Assembly (NCBI GenBank): GCA_943356485.1
Contig: CALRFD010000003.1
Coordinates: 101,815-163,457, forward strand
Reading direction: 5' to 3'
Source: Patescibacteria group bacterium
GTDB lineage: Bacteria > Patescibacteriota > Microgenomatia > Daviesbacterales > UBA10151
Length of the DNA: 61,643 bases
Below the pieces are notes generated by a model. That model was not told the DNA's origin and searched no databases. It saw only the letters and a program-made list of their open reading frames with translations. Shown in pieces: positions 21,216 to 31,173 of the stretch. Both the position numbers and the translations under genes were made by a program. How positions within the stretch are numbered: the stretch's first letter is position 1; every line of letters begins with the position of its first letter.

Positions 21216-21684
21216 CTTTCTTCGTTCAAAACCTCCTACCGAGCTTTTAGCTTCTGAACTTCATGATGAAAAGACATTTTATAATGTTTTCATTCAGGAC
21301 TTAGAAAATTGCAAAGAAGAAGTCATTATTGAATCTCCATATATTACAAATGTTAGAGCGCAACAATTAAGACCAATATTTCAAGAATTGCTTGATCGTG
21401 GGGTAAAAATTTACATAATCACTCGTGACCCAAGAGAACATGATGAGAATTTGGAAGTTCAAGCCGAAGGAGAAATAGCGGAATTCGAGATCATGGGAGT
21501 ACAAGTTTTACTTTGTTCTGGCAATCATCATCGAAAATTAGCAATTCTAGATAGAAAGATGCTCTGGGAAGGATCACTAAATATTTTGAGCCAAACTAGG
21601 AGCAGAGAGATTATGAGAAGAATCGAATCAAAGGAATTGGCTATGCAGATGTTCAACTTTTTGAAGCTGGGCAGAGTTTTATAA
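21208..21684 (+). CDS. PLD-family (HKD) nuclease-like protein
   Basis: HRKLAILD...EGSLN matches HxKx4D..GSxN; single HKD domain as in Nuc-type nucleases. Confidence 0.65.
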   Translation: MFSFLRSKPPTELLASELHDEKTFYNVFIQDLENCKEEVIIESPYITNVRAQQLRPIFQELLDRGVKIYIITRDPREHDENLEVQAEGEIAEFEIMGVQVLLCSGNHHRKLAILDRKMLWEGSLNILSQTRSREIMRRIESKELAMQMFNFLKLGRVL

Positions 21685-21703
21685 AATTTGCTACAATACC
21701 GCT

Positions 21704-21916
21704 ATGAGTAACGGATATCAGATCAACGAAAAAGACATTGATTCAGTGTTGAATTATCTAAAAATTCACGACCCAGAAAATGCTACACCAGAGATGGCTA
21801 TAGCTCTTCTTGAGTTTTATAAAACCAAATTCCATGAAATGGCTCACACAGATTTAAGTAAATTAGAAAAAATTTATGAAGAATTTAGGAAAAGCATTAG
21901 CACAGAGAAAAATTAG
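21704..21916 (+). CDS. hypothetical small protein
   Basis: 70-aa ORF 19 nt after the PLD gene. Confidence 0.3.
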   Translation: MSNGYQINEKDIDSVLNYLKIHDPENATPEMAIALLEFYKTKFHEMAHTDLSKLEKIYEEFRKSISTEKN

Positions 21917-21956
21917 CGATAACGCAGCCTTCCAAAAAGTTCCATCTTAAGAATTC

Positions 21957-22493
21957 TTATCTACTGAGCACATTTAACTTTTCTATTTGTTCTTGAACTT
22001 GTTCTTCATTCTCACTCCCGAATGATATGAGTGCTTTATCTCCATCCTTTATTTCTCGATCTAATAAGTTGTCATATTGCACTCCATTGATATAAAATTT
22101 TAAAGTTTTACTCTGGTTGGTACAGAAGGTTTCTTTGGTACCGGTTGTCAGGCAGCTTTTTGTTAATGAAAAAGGGAGGGTCTTAAAGAAGTCATTCCAG
22201 GTAACACCTGACTTTTTGACAAGAACTATATTTGGGTTATCTGCCTGAATATAAACATCCTCTGAAAGATTGTGATACATAGATGCGGTAAAGATCCGAA
22301 ATATCCCGTTGGTAAATATCGCAAATGAAGCCTTTTTATCTACTGTTTGTGGGACGGGTGAAGAAGTATCATCCTGCTTCATGACATCTTTTGACTTAGA
22401 AGTATTACTTATATTTCTACTGGAACTTGTAAAAATAAAATAACCAGCAATAAGAAGAATGATAATAACTGCTATTGCAATGCTTTTACTCAT
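21957..22493 (-). CDS. hypothetical secreted/anchored protein
   Basis: N-terminal TM/signal (IAIAVIIILLIAGYFIF). Confidence 0.4.
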   Translation of the reverse strand: MSKSIAIAVIIILLIAGYFIFTSSSRNISNTSKSKDVMKQDDTSSPVPQTVDKKASFAIFTNGIFRIFTASMYHNLSEDVYIQADNPNIVLVKKSGVTWNDFFKTLPFSLTKSCLTTGTKETFCTNQSKTLKFYINGVQYDNLLDREIKDGDKALISFGSENEEQVQEQIEKLNVLSR

Positions 22494-22580
22494 AAAAATG
22501 CAACTAACATACCCTGTTTACTGCAAAGCAGAAAGTTTACTTTATTGTAGCAGGATATGTTAGAAGCCTTATACAAACTT

Positions 22581-22919
22581 TTACATTCCTGGTACAGGTA
22601 AAGATTCAAATACCTCAATTTGACAACCATCTGCCCAATGAAGATGTGGATGTTGCTTTAACAACTCTACCGCTTCTTCCATTGACTCTGCTTGAATAAT
22701 GGAATAACCATTTACATCAGAGCTACTTGCTGAACTGCCAGAGTTAGTAACAGCTTGAGCATTTCCAAGTGGCGTTCCAAACTCTACCAACTTATCACCA
22801 GCTTTTTGAGACCACTCCATCCATTCTGCCATGCCTGCTTTCATATCTTCAGGGGAAGATGCGTTCATCTTTTCAGCAGCGGACTGCGGAGCATGATATA
22901 AAACTATAAATTTTTTCAT
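22581..22919 (-). CDS. YCII/DGPF-like small protein
   Basis: MKKFIVLYHAP...MAEWMEW...GYSIIQAESMEEAVELLKQHP parallels the YCII-related domain layout. Start moved to MKKF. Confidence 0.4.
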   Translation of the reverse strand: MKKFIVLYHAPQSAAEKMNASSPEDMKAGMAEWMEWSQKAGDKLVEFGTPLGNAQAVTNSGSSASSSDVNGYSIIQAESMEEAVELLKQHPHLHWADGCQIEVFESLPVPGM

Positions 22920-22936
22920 TAATAATTCACCTCCTC

Positions 22937-23239
22937 TCAAACTCTTATTTCAAGTAATATTGTAACAGTATCACCTTCTTCAATCTCTTCCTTTTTTCTC
23001 ACCCCAGCTTTGAGTGGCAGAAGATACTCTTCTGTCTTTTTGTCAGGGAAAATTGATGTTTTCCAGCTGGTTTTTCCAATGGTTACCAAAACCGGAATAG
23101 AACCCCAGCCTCTTTTCATATCGCCAAATTGTTTCTTTATATCTTCAGATACGTCATGGGGTATAGAAACAAAATGCCACCCTGCCATTCCAGGATAAAG
23201 CCAAACATTTGATTTGAATTTATATTGGTTGTATTTCAT
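22937..23239 (-). CDS. DUF1905-domain protein
   Basis: WHFVSIP...GWGSIPVLVTIGKTSWKTSIFP pattern. Confidence 0.55.
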   Translation of the reverse strand: MKYNQYKFKSNVWLYPGMAGWHFVSIPHDVSEDIKKQFGDMKRGWGSIPVLVTIGKTSWKTSIFPDKKTEEYLLPLKAGVRKKEEIEEGDTVTILLEIRV

Positions 23240-23243
23240 TTAC

Positions 23244-23804
23244 TTATGGTTTGATTACGACAGAAGCCGAAACTACCAGAAATATACCAATGGCATTTAA
23301 GATAAAAGAAATAAGCAAGAATTGATGCGTCTTTAACTTTGAAATTCCCATTAAGCTTACACCAATCTCGTCAGGTAACGGTGAAGCGATGATTGCCGCC
23401 CCAAGGACTGGAAATGTCCAGCTAAAATACTTAGTCTGAAAAACCTTTTTTAAGTGATGATTTGTGTCTAACCTGTCATATATAGATTTAATCTCTCGTG
23501 CCAAATCATCCTTAACGAAACGGAAAATAACAAAATCTCCTACAACAGCACCAAGCCCTGCAATTATTCCTATTTCAATTGGGGATAATGTTTCTGCGAG
23601 TACCAGCAGAATAACAGCTCCAGTAGCGACTGTGAAGGTTGATACAAATAAAATACCGGCAAGAAATGCTCCAATGTAACCCAAATTACCTAGATGAAGT
23701 AAGTAACTATGAAGTATTTCATTTCGAAAAACAAAATAGGCTAAAAGTAGAGATAATAGAAGAAATACAATGTTTTTATATCCATGACTTGTACTTTTTC
23801 TCAT
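23244..23804 (-). CDS. hypothetical polytopic membrane protein
   Basis: 4-5 predicted TM helices. Confidence 0.4.
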   Translation of the reverse strand: MRKSTSHGYKNIVFLLLSLLLAYFVFRNEILHSYLLHLGNLGYIGAFLAGILFVSTFTVATGAVILLVLAETLSPIEIGIIAGLGAVVGDFVIFRFVKDDLAREIKSIYDRLDTNHHLKKVFQTKYFSWTFPVLGAAIIASPLPDEIGVSLMGISKLKTHQFLLISFILNAIGIFLVVSASVVIKP

Positions 23805-23877
23805 ACAACCAGTGTATCAAAAGTCAGCGCTAGAAGGTACTTTGTCGTTATTTTTGAGTTGTGGTATTTTGGAAGGT

Positions 23878-24399
23878 TTATTCATCTGGTACAAATTTTA
23901 ACGCTACTGAGTTCATGCAGTATCTTTTACCCGAAGGCTCAGGACCGTCATCAAATACGTGTCCTAAATGTCCTCCACAGGTATCAAGTACTTCAACTCG
24001 GTCATCTCCTAACCCTGTTTCTTTCCGAAGCACGAGAGCGTTTTCATCAATCGGAGCCCAAAAGCTCGGCCAGCCAGTTCCGGAATCATACTTTTGCTCT
24101 GACCGAAAAAGTGGTTTGTCACAACCAACACTAAAGTATGTACCTTTCCGTTTTTCGTTATTTAGCTCACCTGTAAAGGGAATCTCCGTCCCTGCCTCAC
24201 GCAAGATGTGATATTGTTCTGGAGTTAAGATTTTCTTCCACTCTGCTTCAGACTTAAACTTATCTTGGTTAAATGCGCCAGAAATTACTGAACCAACTGT
24301 TTCTGGTACTCTGTTCTTAGAAATCGATGAGTTTTCTAACTTTAAAAAGATGAATCCAGCGGTTACCACGATTGCTATTCCATAAATTATTCTTTTCAT
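23878..24399 (-). CDS. msrB: peptide-methionine (R)-S-oxide reductase, membrane-anchored
   Basis: [25 protein letters not shown]; N-terminal TM. Confidence 0.9.
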   Translation of the reverse strand: MKRIIYGIAIVVTAGFIFLKLENSSISKNRVPETVGSVISGAFNQDKFKSEAEWKKILTPEQYHILREAGTEIPFTGELNNEKRKGTYFSVGCDKPLFRSEQKYDSGTGWPSFWAPIDENALVLRKETGLGDDRVEVLDTCGGHLGHVFDDGPEPSGKRYCMNSVALKFVPDE

Positions 24400-24893
24400 A
24401 CGGCATCTTTCAAATAGCTATCAAAATATATTCTGTGACATGTATATCCGTGAGGATTCTTTATTAAATAGTCCTGATGATAATCTTCTGCTTCTGTGAA
24501 TTTTACAAGTGGCTCTAAAGAAGTGACTACCGGATTTTCCCAACGTTTAGATTCATTTACGATATCTATCATATCCTGAGCATCATTTTTTTCTTGCTCA
24601 TTGTTGTAAAATATTACCGATCGGTATGATGTTCCTCGGTCGTTTCCTTGCTGATTCATTGTCGTAGGGTTATGTATTTGAAAAAAGAAATCAAGTAATT
24701 TCTTGAAGGATGTCTTCCGTGGGTCGTATTCAATCTTAACCACTTCAGCATGGCCTTCATGATTTTCGTAAGTAGGATTTTCAACTTTCCCACCAGAGTA
24801 TCCGACACTTGTAGTAACAACTCCTTCTTGCTTTCGGATTAAATCTTGTAGTCCCCAAAAACAACCACCGCCTAATACAATTATTTTAGTCAT
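24396..24893 (-). CDS. msrA: peptide-methionine (S)-S-oxide reductase
   Basis: [20 protein letters not shown]-like region, DYHQDYL. Confidence 0.9.
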   Translation of the reverse strand: MTKIIVLGGGCFWGLQDLIRKQEGVVTTSVGYSGGKVENPTYENHEGHAEVVKIEYDPRKTSFKKLLDFFFQIHNPTTMNQQGNDRGTSYRSVIFYNNEQEKNDAQDMIDIVNESKRWENPVVTSLEPLVKFTEAEDYHQDYLIKNPHGYTCHRIYFDSYLKDAV

Positions 24894-24899
24894 ATCAAT

Positions 24900-26624
24900 T
24901 TATCCAAAAGTAAAAGCAAATAATTCTGCGTTGCTATCTTCAAATTCTAAATGCAATATATGCTGGCCAGGTGTTTGTAATTTTATAAGTTTATATAGTC
25001 TATCTACGTCAACAGTTACTGTACCGCTTTTATTGTCATCACCAAAATCTTGTAATTTGCCATCAACATACACTTTTATTTTCGCAGGTTCTCCTTTTGT
25101 TCTCATGACCAAAAATACCTCTTTCGATTCAAAATTAAGCTGTAGTTTGGCACCTTTTTGGGGACTAGCATATTCCTCCATCACATTCCAGTTACCCTCA
25201 TATGCCATTTCGTTGTTCCCAAGAGTCTTTGGAGAAGTATATGTTTCTGGAGTATTTTGCTTTATGGTTTCAGGAGAAGCAAAATGATCGATACGTCCAT
25301 ATCCTAAATATATTTCAGGAGTTTTCGCCTGAATTTGATAGGTTGGGTTATTTATTTCATTTGAAACATCCTTAGCACCCGTCTCTTTGAGTAAGTCCTG
25401 GATTACCTTCTCAGTTTCATCATATGCTCCTTCACCAAAATGGGTGTAACGGATATATCCTTCCTTATCAATAATGTATTTGGCTGGCCAATAACGGTTG
25501 CTGTACGCTCTCCAGGTTGCAAAATCATTATCTTGAACAATAGGATAAGGGAGCTTGAAGTCTTTGATAGCTTGGGCCAGATTTTTTTCGCTTTTCTCAA
25601 ATTCAAACTCTGGAGAATGGACGCCAATAATCACGAGCCCCTTGTCTTTGTATGTTTCCCACCACTTTCGAAGATACGGCATTGTCCTTTGACAGTTGAT
25701 GCAGGAATATGTCCAGAAATCGATAATTACTACTTTGCCTCTCAGTTGTTCGAGGGTAAGTGGTTCAGAATTAAACCAGATGCCTCCAGAAATAAGTTCA
25801 GGTGCAATAGGATCTTTTGGCAGCATATCTGAAGTTGGTTTTCCCATTTTTGTCTGATCCACTGGTTTTTGATTCATATCTTGCAATTGTTTTTTGACTG
25901 CGTCATTATCTTCAAACTTAGTTAACCCTACTCCATATTGAGGAAAAGCAGTTAGTATAAATGTTTGGAACTTCCGATCAATATTAAAAAATATCCCAAT
26001 CGCTGTTAGGATCATAAGAACCCCGAAGAGTTTTTGAATGTTACCTAAGTTTGAAAGTAACCATGGAACGCGACGCAGAGCATTTTGACCACCAAGCATT
26101 ATTAAAAACATTGGTATTGCTGTACCCAAAGCGTACGCTAAGGTAATCAGGAAGGCGTCAAAAGTAATAGTTCCGGTAATAGCAAGGGATATGACAGACG
26201 CAAGAATTGGCCCAACACACGGTGTCCAAAGAAGTCCTACAGAAAGACCTATGATTAGTCCACCCCCAAAGCCTGTTCTATTTTGACTACTTGGCATAAA
26301 GGCTGCTAATTTTGAAAATAACCGTTCAACCAACACTTGAAACTGAGGAATAAGAAGGGAGGTACCAAAACCTCCAATAACAAGTACTGAAACAAGTCTT
26401 AGTGTATCTGCAGAAATACCGCTAAGTCTGACAATTGTTGAAAGAAAGAGCGTGAAGAAAGTAAAGCTAAGAATAAATCCAATAACTACTCCCATTGGCC
26501 TGGATTTTCCCGTGTTCACTCCGCCTATACTGGAAGTAAGTATTATTGGAAGAATCGGCAAGATACACGGTGAAAGTACCGTTATAACTCCAGCTAAAAA
26601 TGCAAATGCTATAAGTAAAATCAT
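24900..26624 (-). CDS. CcdA/DsbD-like thiol-disulfide transporter fused to a thioredoxin-like (redoxin) domain (DipZ-like)
   Basis: TM core with LSPCILPILP and TPCVGPIL; periplasmic FWTYSCINCQ redoxin motif. Start moved to MILLIAF (ORF track 24900..26675). Confidence 0.75.
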   Translation of the reverse strand: MILLIAFAFLAGVITVLSPCILPILPIILTSSIGGVNTGKSRPMGVVIGFILSFTFFTLFLSTIVRLSGISADTLRLVSVLVIGGFGTSLLIPQFQVLVERLFSKLAAFMPSSQNRTGFGGGLIIGLSVGLLWTPCVGPILASVISLAITGTITFDAFLITLAYALGTAIPMFLIMLGGQNALRRVPWLLSNLGNIQKLFGVLMILTAIGIFFNIDRKFQTFILTAFPQYGVGLTKFEDNDAVKKQLQDMNQKPVDQTKMGKPTSDMLPKDPIAPELISGGIWFNSEPLTLEQLRGKVVIIDFWTYSCINCQRTMPYLRKWWETYKDKGLVIIGVHSPEFEFEKSEKNLAQAIKDFKLPYPIVQDNDFATWRAYSNRYWPAKYIIDKEGYIRYTHFGEGAYDETEKVIQDLLKETGAKDVSNEINNPTYQIQAKTPEIYLGYGRIDHFASPETIKQNTPETYTSPKTLGNNEMAYEGNWNVMEEYASPQKGAKLQLNFESKEVFLVMRTKGEPAKIKVYVDGKLQDFGDDNKSGTVTVDVDRLYKLIKLQTPGQHILHLEFEDSNAELFAFTFG

Positions 26625-26678
26625 ATTTTTAATTAACCTCTGATATGGCTTTTCTATCAAGAAAAACCACACCACAGA

Positions 26679-27230
26679 CTACTTAATATTAGCAAGTAAC
26701 TCATCTGTTTTACCACCGTTCCACTTGGTTACTTCTTTTCCCTGTGAATCAATTTGCACAAATGTGTGTTGGTAGGTAATACCATACTTTTTAGCAAGGT
26801 CTTTTTCTTCCTGATCTGTTTCAGGGTCGTTATAATTGACTCTTATAACCGTTACATCAGATGGAATTTTACTTGAGTTCGCTTTTAGATCTGCATCTGC
26901 TGGTTTACAAATTGGGCACCAGGATGCATAAAAGAACAGCACTCGACGATTGTTTGCGGCACTATCTAAAGTTGCTTTTGAGTATTCGACATAACGTGCC
27001 GAATCTGCTTTCATCATTTTGTCATCATTTTTTTCCATCATGGCTTCACCCTCTTTTTTCTCCATCGCTTCCTTTTGCGGAGTTTCAGATGAATCCTTTT
27101 GCATCATGGCAGCCTTTTCCTGTGCCATTTTTGCCTCTTGTGTACTCTTAGATTGTTGATTGGCAAAAAAGAGTCCTCCACCAACCAAAACTAAAAGTAC
27201 TACGCCTGCAATTACTATCTTGTTATTCAT
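26679..27230 (-). CDS. secreted thioredoxin-family protein
   Basis: N-terminal TM; FYASWCPICKP CxxC motif. Confidence 0.7.
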   Translation of the reverse strand: MNNKIVIAGVVLLVLVGGGLFFANQQSKSTQEAKMAQEKAAMMQKDSSETPQKEAMEKKEGEAMMEKNDDKMMKADSARYVEYSKATLDSAANNRRVLFFYASWCPICKPADADLKANSSKIPSDVTVIRVNYNDPETDQEEKDLAKKYGITYQHTFVQIDSQGKEVTKWNGGKTDELLANIK

Positions 27231-27251
27231 TATCTCTCACCCCCTTTCATA

Positions 27252-27617
27252 CTAATGTTTGATATGTCCGTATATTAATCCGAGTATCTTTGCAAGAAGT
27301 GCAACACAAATTCCAATAATAAGAAAAGGATCAACCTCTCCGTTGAAGCTTTGAAAAATAACACCAGTAATAAGGATCGTTATAACCGCGAAGTAGGCAA
27401 GACGTGAGGCAATAAATTTATGCAGTTGATCTCGTTCGTCTCCTGGTGTTTCCTTCCAAAGAAAACCTGTAAAAATTATAAAAAGCACTACCAGAAATGG
27501 AACCATAAATGGATGTAGAGCATGAGGCATAAGAAGGTCAAGAGGATTAATAAAAAAGATTAGTAGTCCAATTAAGGCTAGAGAAATTAATGTTTCGCCT
27601 ACAAAATTATTTTTCAT
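27252..27617 (-). CDS. small membrane protein paired with an XRE regulator
   Basis: ORF track 27252..27665; start at MKNNF; 4 TM helices; overlaps the upstream HTH gene. Confidence 0.45.
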   Translation of the reverse strand: MKNNFVGETLISLALIGLLIFFINPLDLLMPHALHPFMVPFLVVLFIIFTGFLWKETPGDERDQLHKFIASRLAYFAVITILITGVIFQSFNGEVDPFLIIGICVALLAKILGLIYGHIKH

Positions 27618-27804
27618 ACTTATATTTGAAGACCTCTTCCATGGGCTTTCTGAAAAAGCGTGCAATTTTTAGACCAAGCATTAGTGACGGGATATAATTC
27701 CCTTTTTCTATTGCAATAATTGTTTGACGGCTTACTCCCACAGCTTTTGCAAGGTCTTCCTGGGTTATATTCTTTTCTTTGCGTAACTCAATAACCCTGT
27801 TCAT
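27607..27804 (-). CDS. XRE-family HTH transcriptional regulator
   Basis: MNRVIELRKEKNITQEDLAKAVGVSRQTIIAIEKGNYIPS. Confidence 0.8.
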   Translation of the reverse strand: MNRVIELRKEKNITQEDLAKAVGVSRQTIIAIEKGNYIPSLMLGLKIARFFRKPMEEVFKYKYEK

Positions 27805-27904
27805 AATATAGTCTCTCATGGATAATAAAATGTCAAGTAGATTTGACATTATTTTAGGTAGCAAAATTCCTTTTGTCAAGGAAAATTATAAAAATAATGA
27901 AGAC

Positions 27905-28129
27905 TCAAACTGGTAAGATATCTGAGGATTTAACCCCAAGAGCTTTGATTATTTTTACCAGCGTTAATCCCTTTGGTCTGGATTCTCCACGCTCGATTTT
28001 AGCAAGAGAGTTTCCATCAACTCCGGCTTTCTTTGCAAGCTCTTCCTGAGTCCAGCCTTTAACTTCTCTGGCTTTCTTAATGTTCTCTGCAATTTCTTTA
28101 ATAGTTTTCTTATCTTCCGCTATACCCAT
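27905..28129 (-). CDS. XRE-family HTH transcriptional regulator
   Basis: IKKAREVKGWTQEELAKKAGVDGNSLAKIERGES; divergent from the 28206 operon. Confidence 0.8.
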   Translation of the reverse strand: MGIAEDKKTIKEIAENIKKAREVKGWTQEELAKKAGVDGNSLAKIERGESRPKGLTLVKIIKALGVKSSDILPV

Positions 28130-28205
28130 AAGGATAGTATATCACTTCTTGTTTGCTCATATCTGCTAGGCAGGGTTTCTGCTAAAATTGATCTGGCAAA
28201 AAGTT

Positions 28206-28667
28206 ATGAACGAAAACATACAAACACTTATCAGTTGGTGGAAATTAAAAGGTCAGCGAGAAAGCGATCCATTCATCCGATTTTTCTTATTCTATATGTG
28301 TTTTGATGCTTGGATCACAGCAGAATCAGGAGAAGATCGTGATGATAAAAAACTTGAGTGGCTTTTTACCCAAGATAATTGTTTAAAAGACAAATGGGCA
28401 GAAATTCAATCAGAAACAACAAAATCGTGGATTGCTAACCTACGAAATCTATCCCCTATAGAAGATATGCGCCCAAAGTACCGTGGAGAATTTACTCATT
28501 TGAATAATGTTGAGAATTTTGAAGAGATTATTAGATTTATATATCAGATTAGGTGTAACTTATTTCATGGATCAAAAAATCCTATGGATACTAAAGATGC
28601 AAGCTTAGTTGAATTATCAGGAATGATATTTCAAAAATGGATTGTTTGGGCTCATCACAAATGTTGA
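28206..28667 (+). CDS. HEPN-like protein (Rx4H motif)
   Basis: YQIRCNLFHGSK contains Rx4H. The helical N-terminus FIRFFLFYMCFDAW resembles HEPN families. ATG start chosen over the TTG at 28188. Confidence 0.45.
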   Translation: MNENIQTLISWWKLKGQRESDPFIRFFLFYMCFDAWITAESGEDRDDKKLEWLFTQDNCLKDKWAEIQSETTKSWIANLRNLSPIEDMRPKYRGEFTHLNNVENFEEIIRFIYQIRCNLFHGSKNPMDTKDASLVELSGMIFQKWIVWAHHKC

Positions 28668-28668
28668 T

Positions 28669-29628
28669 ATGAAATATATAAATAACATACTTAAACAAAA
28701 CGTTCCTCTTTTCGTAGAGTTATTCAACGCTCATGAATATAAAGACGATTTTGGTCATAGTCCAGAATGGAACGAGGAAATGGAGCAGTGGTTATCTTTT
28801 GTGAAATCAATAAATCCAACATGGTATGAATCTAACAAGTCACGCGTCAACACTGAAAAACAAAGAGACGAGTTACTTGGAGAATACAAATCTCTGTATT
28901 ACTTCGGGAAAATATTAGGATGTAAAATAACCCAATTTGAACCAGCAGGTAACAATAACAAAAAGAACGATTACGCCTTTTACGATAAAGGCAACGAGGA
29001 GTGGTATACCGAAGTTAAATCACCGTCTTGGAGAGGTGAAGTCTCTAAAGAAATAAACAGCTCGTATTTAGATAAGCTAAAGCAAAATATAGTAATAACT
29101 GAGAGTTGGCCAGAATGTAAAGCCGAGATTACTTGTCCGAATTGCTCAAATGTTATAGAAATAAAACTGTCGAGTTTCGAATTTAAACAAGAAGAAGTAT
29201 ATGAAATTATCAAAAAAACTCTTTGTAACAAATGTAAGAAAAATATTTGGCATTTTTCTGAAAACGAACGAGCCAAATTAAAAAAAGAAAGATTATCTAA
29301 GCCACAATTTATCAATGGAGAAGGTAGATCCTACTCAGATAGAGACGCTGTTGAAGATGCTGTTAAAAAATCAGTAGCTCAATTTGCCAAAGGAAGAAAT
29401 AACTTACTATTTATTCCTCATAATATGTTTGCCGGGATTGGTACAGGCTTGTTCACGGCAATGAATGGAGGTACTACTGTAATGGAGGTTGTAAAAAAAT
29501 ATGATCCCGAAGGGATAATTACTTGTGTTTGTCTGCTAGACGTTCAATTAGATGAAAAGGGTATTAAATTTATTCCCGTATTCGTTCCTATCCTCAAACA
29601 ACCCTTAGTGAATAATGAAAAACTATGA
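28669..29628 (+). CDS. hypothetical protein, PD-(D/E)xK-like motif plus zinc ribbon
   Basis: NDYAFYD...WYTEVKS (D..ExK) and CPNC...CNKC. ATG lies 1 nt after the upstream stop. Confidence 0.35.
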   Translation: MKYINNILKQNVPLFVELFNAHEYKDDFGHSPEWNEEMEQWLSFVKSINPTWYESNKSRVNTEKQRDELLGEYKSLYYFGKILGCKITQFEPAGNNNKKNDYAFYDKGNEEWYTEVKSPSWRGEVSKEINSSYLDKLKQNIVITESWPECKAEITCPNCSNVIEIKLSSFEFKQEEVYEIIKKTLCNKCKKNIWHFSENERAKLKKERLSKPQFINGEGRSYSDRDAVEDAVKKSVAQFAKGRNNLLFIPHNMFAGIGTGLFTAMNGGTTVMEVVKKYDPEGIITCVCLLDVQLDEKGIKFIPVFVPILKQPLVNNEKL

Positions 29629-30236
29629 AAAATTGTTACTTATGCACCTCGACTAAAAACCTTACAAAAGATCATATCCCGCCAAAGAATCTGTTTCCCT
29701 CTCCGAAACCAACCAATCTCATTACAGTGTGGTGTTGTAAAAAGTGTAATGAAAAATTCAGTTTAATTGACGAATCATTTAGAGTATTCACTTCTTCCGT
29801 AATTAATCGGTCGAAGTCTGGTACGAGAATTTGGGACGAAAAAGTAATGGAATCTAGTTTTAAAAGAAGTCCAAAGCTAAAAACTGCAACCATAAAAAGT
29901 CTTGTTCCTGTAGAAACAGAAATCAATGGTATTAAAGTCCAAACCACAGGCATGACCTACCCTATCAAAAAAACAAATGATTACTTAGTTAGATTAACTA
30001 AAGGTTTCACAAGACATTTTAATCCAGAAATTGATCTTTCTCGGGCAAATTTTAAAGTTAATAATATCATCCCCAACCAGCAGATAATAGACATGCTTTA
30101 TCAAAAATTCTTCTATGTAGAAAGAGGAGACGGAGTATTCAAGATGTGGAGAATGTTTGCTAAAGATATGGGAGTTATGAGTATTTGGGTATATGTTTTT
30201 TATGATGGCTTGATGTTCACGATTGAAGTAAATTAG
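29625..30236 (+). CDS. HNH-like (CxxC..DH..CxxC) protein
   Basis: CYLCTSTKNLTKDHIPPKNLF...WCCKKCNEKF; 4-nt overlap with the upstream gene. Confidence 0.4.
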   Translation: MKNCYLCTSTKNLTKDHIPPKNLFPSPKPTNLITVWCCKKCNEKFSLIDESFRVFTSSVINRSKSGTRIWDEKVMESSFKRSPKLKTATIKSLVPVETEINGIKVQTTGMTYPIKKTNDYLVRLTKGFTRHFNPEIDLSRANFKVNNIIPNQQIIDMLYQKFFYVERGDGVFKMWRMFAKDMGVMSIWVYVFYDGLMFTIEVN

Positions 30237-30241
30237 ATACA

Positions 30242-31171
30242 ATGACTAAACTTTTTAATGAAAACTTAGGAAAAGCTTCTAATAGTAAAGAGCTGGCTAT
30301 ATTGAAAAAGAAGTTTAACCATTACGACTCCTTGTATGTAGCCGTTTCAACCATGACTACTCGCCCCGACTTTCGCGATTGGTTAGAGGTTCTTTGGAAG
30401 CAATATGAGCCACATGCGGACACTAACTTTTCGGATGAGTTTAAAAAACAATTTAATCAAAGAGCTTGGGAAATGTATCTAGGATCAACATTGTTAAATA
30501 AAGGTCATGTACTAGGAGATCATAGTGATGTAGGTCCTGACTTCAAAATTGCCTATGAGAATAAACAAATTTGGGTTGAGGCAATTGCGGTTGAAAAAGG
30601 GACTGGAAAAGACAAAGTACCCGATATTGTATACGGAAAAATGATAGATGTTCCCGAAAAGGAAATGCTCCTACGCCTCACTTCTGGCATAAAAGAAAAG
30701 TACCAAAAATATTTGTCATACTTAAGTAATAACCTCATTAATCCAAATGACCCTTTCATAATTGCAATTGATCGATCTCCGTTAGAACATTCAGATCCAC
30801 AGATACCGCTCATTTTTAAATGTCTTTTTGCAATTGGCCATCAAGTTCTTCATATTAAAAAACTAGGATCTCAAACAAAAGCCAAGACAAGGACAGAAGC
30901 GAGTAATTGGTCTAGTAGAGATAAGGTTTATAAAATAAGTGGCAGTGAAGTGGGGATGTTTGTATTTGGAGATAATAGTTTTGAAGGTGTAAGTGCAATT
31001 ATTTATTGCATACAGAATATTTTGAATAGTCCCCAAGAAATTGATCGAATGGGAGACGGTTTTATTATTGTTCATAATCCATTTGCTAAGAATCCTCTTC
31101 CAGATAATTTCTTCAAATTTGGTGAAGAATGGAAACAAGAGGGCGATCAGTTGAAGAGAATTAATACTTAG
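30242..31171 (+). CDS. hypothetical protein, possible PD-(D/E)xK fold
   Basis: GPDFKIAYENKQIWVEAIAVEKG; no other motif. Confidence 0.3.
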   Translation: MTKLFNENLGKASNSKELAILKKKFNHYDSLYVAVSTMTTRPDFRDWLEVLWKQYEPHADTNFSDEFKKQFNQRAWEMYLGSTLLNKGHVLGDHSDVGPDFKIAYENKQIWVEAIAVEKGTGKDKVPDIVYGKMIDVPEKEMLLRLTSGIKEKYQKYLSYLSNNLINPNDPFIIAIDRSPLEHSDPQIPLIFKCLFAIGHQVLHIKKLGSQTKAKTRTEASNWSSRDKVYKISGSEVGMFVFGDNSFEGVSAIIYCIQNILNSPQEIDRMGDGFIIVHNPFAKNPLPDNFFKFGEEWKQEGDQLKRINT

Positions 31172-31173
31172 AG

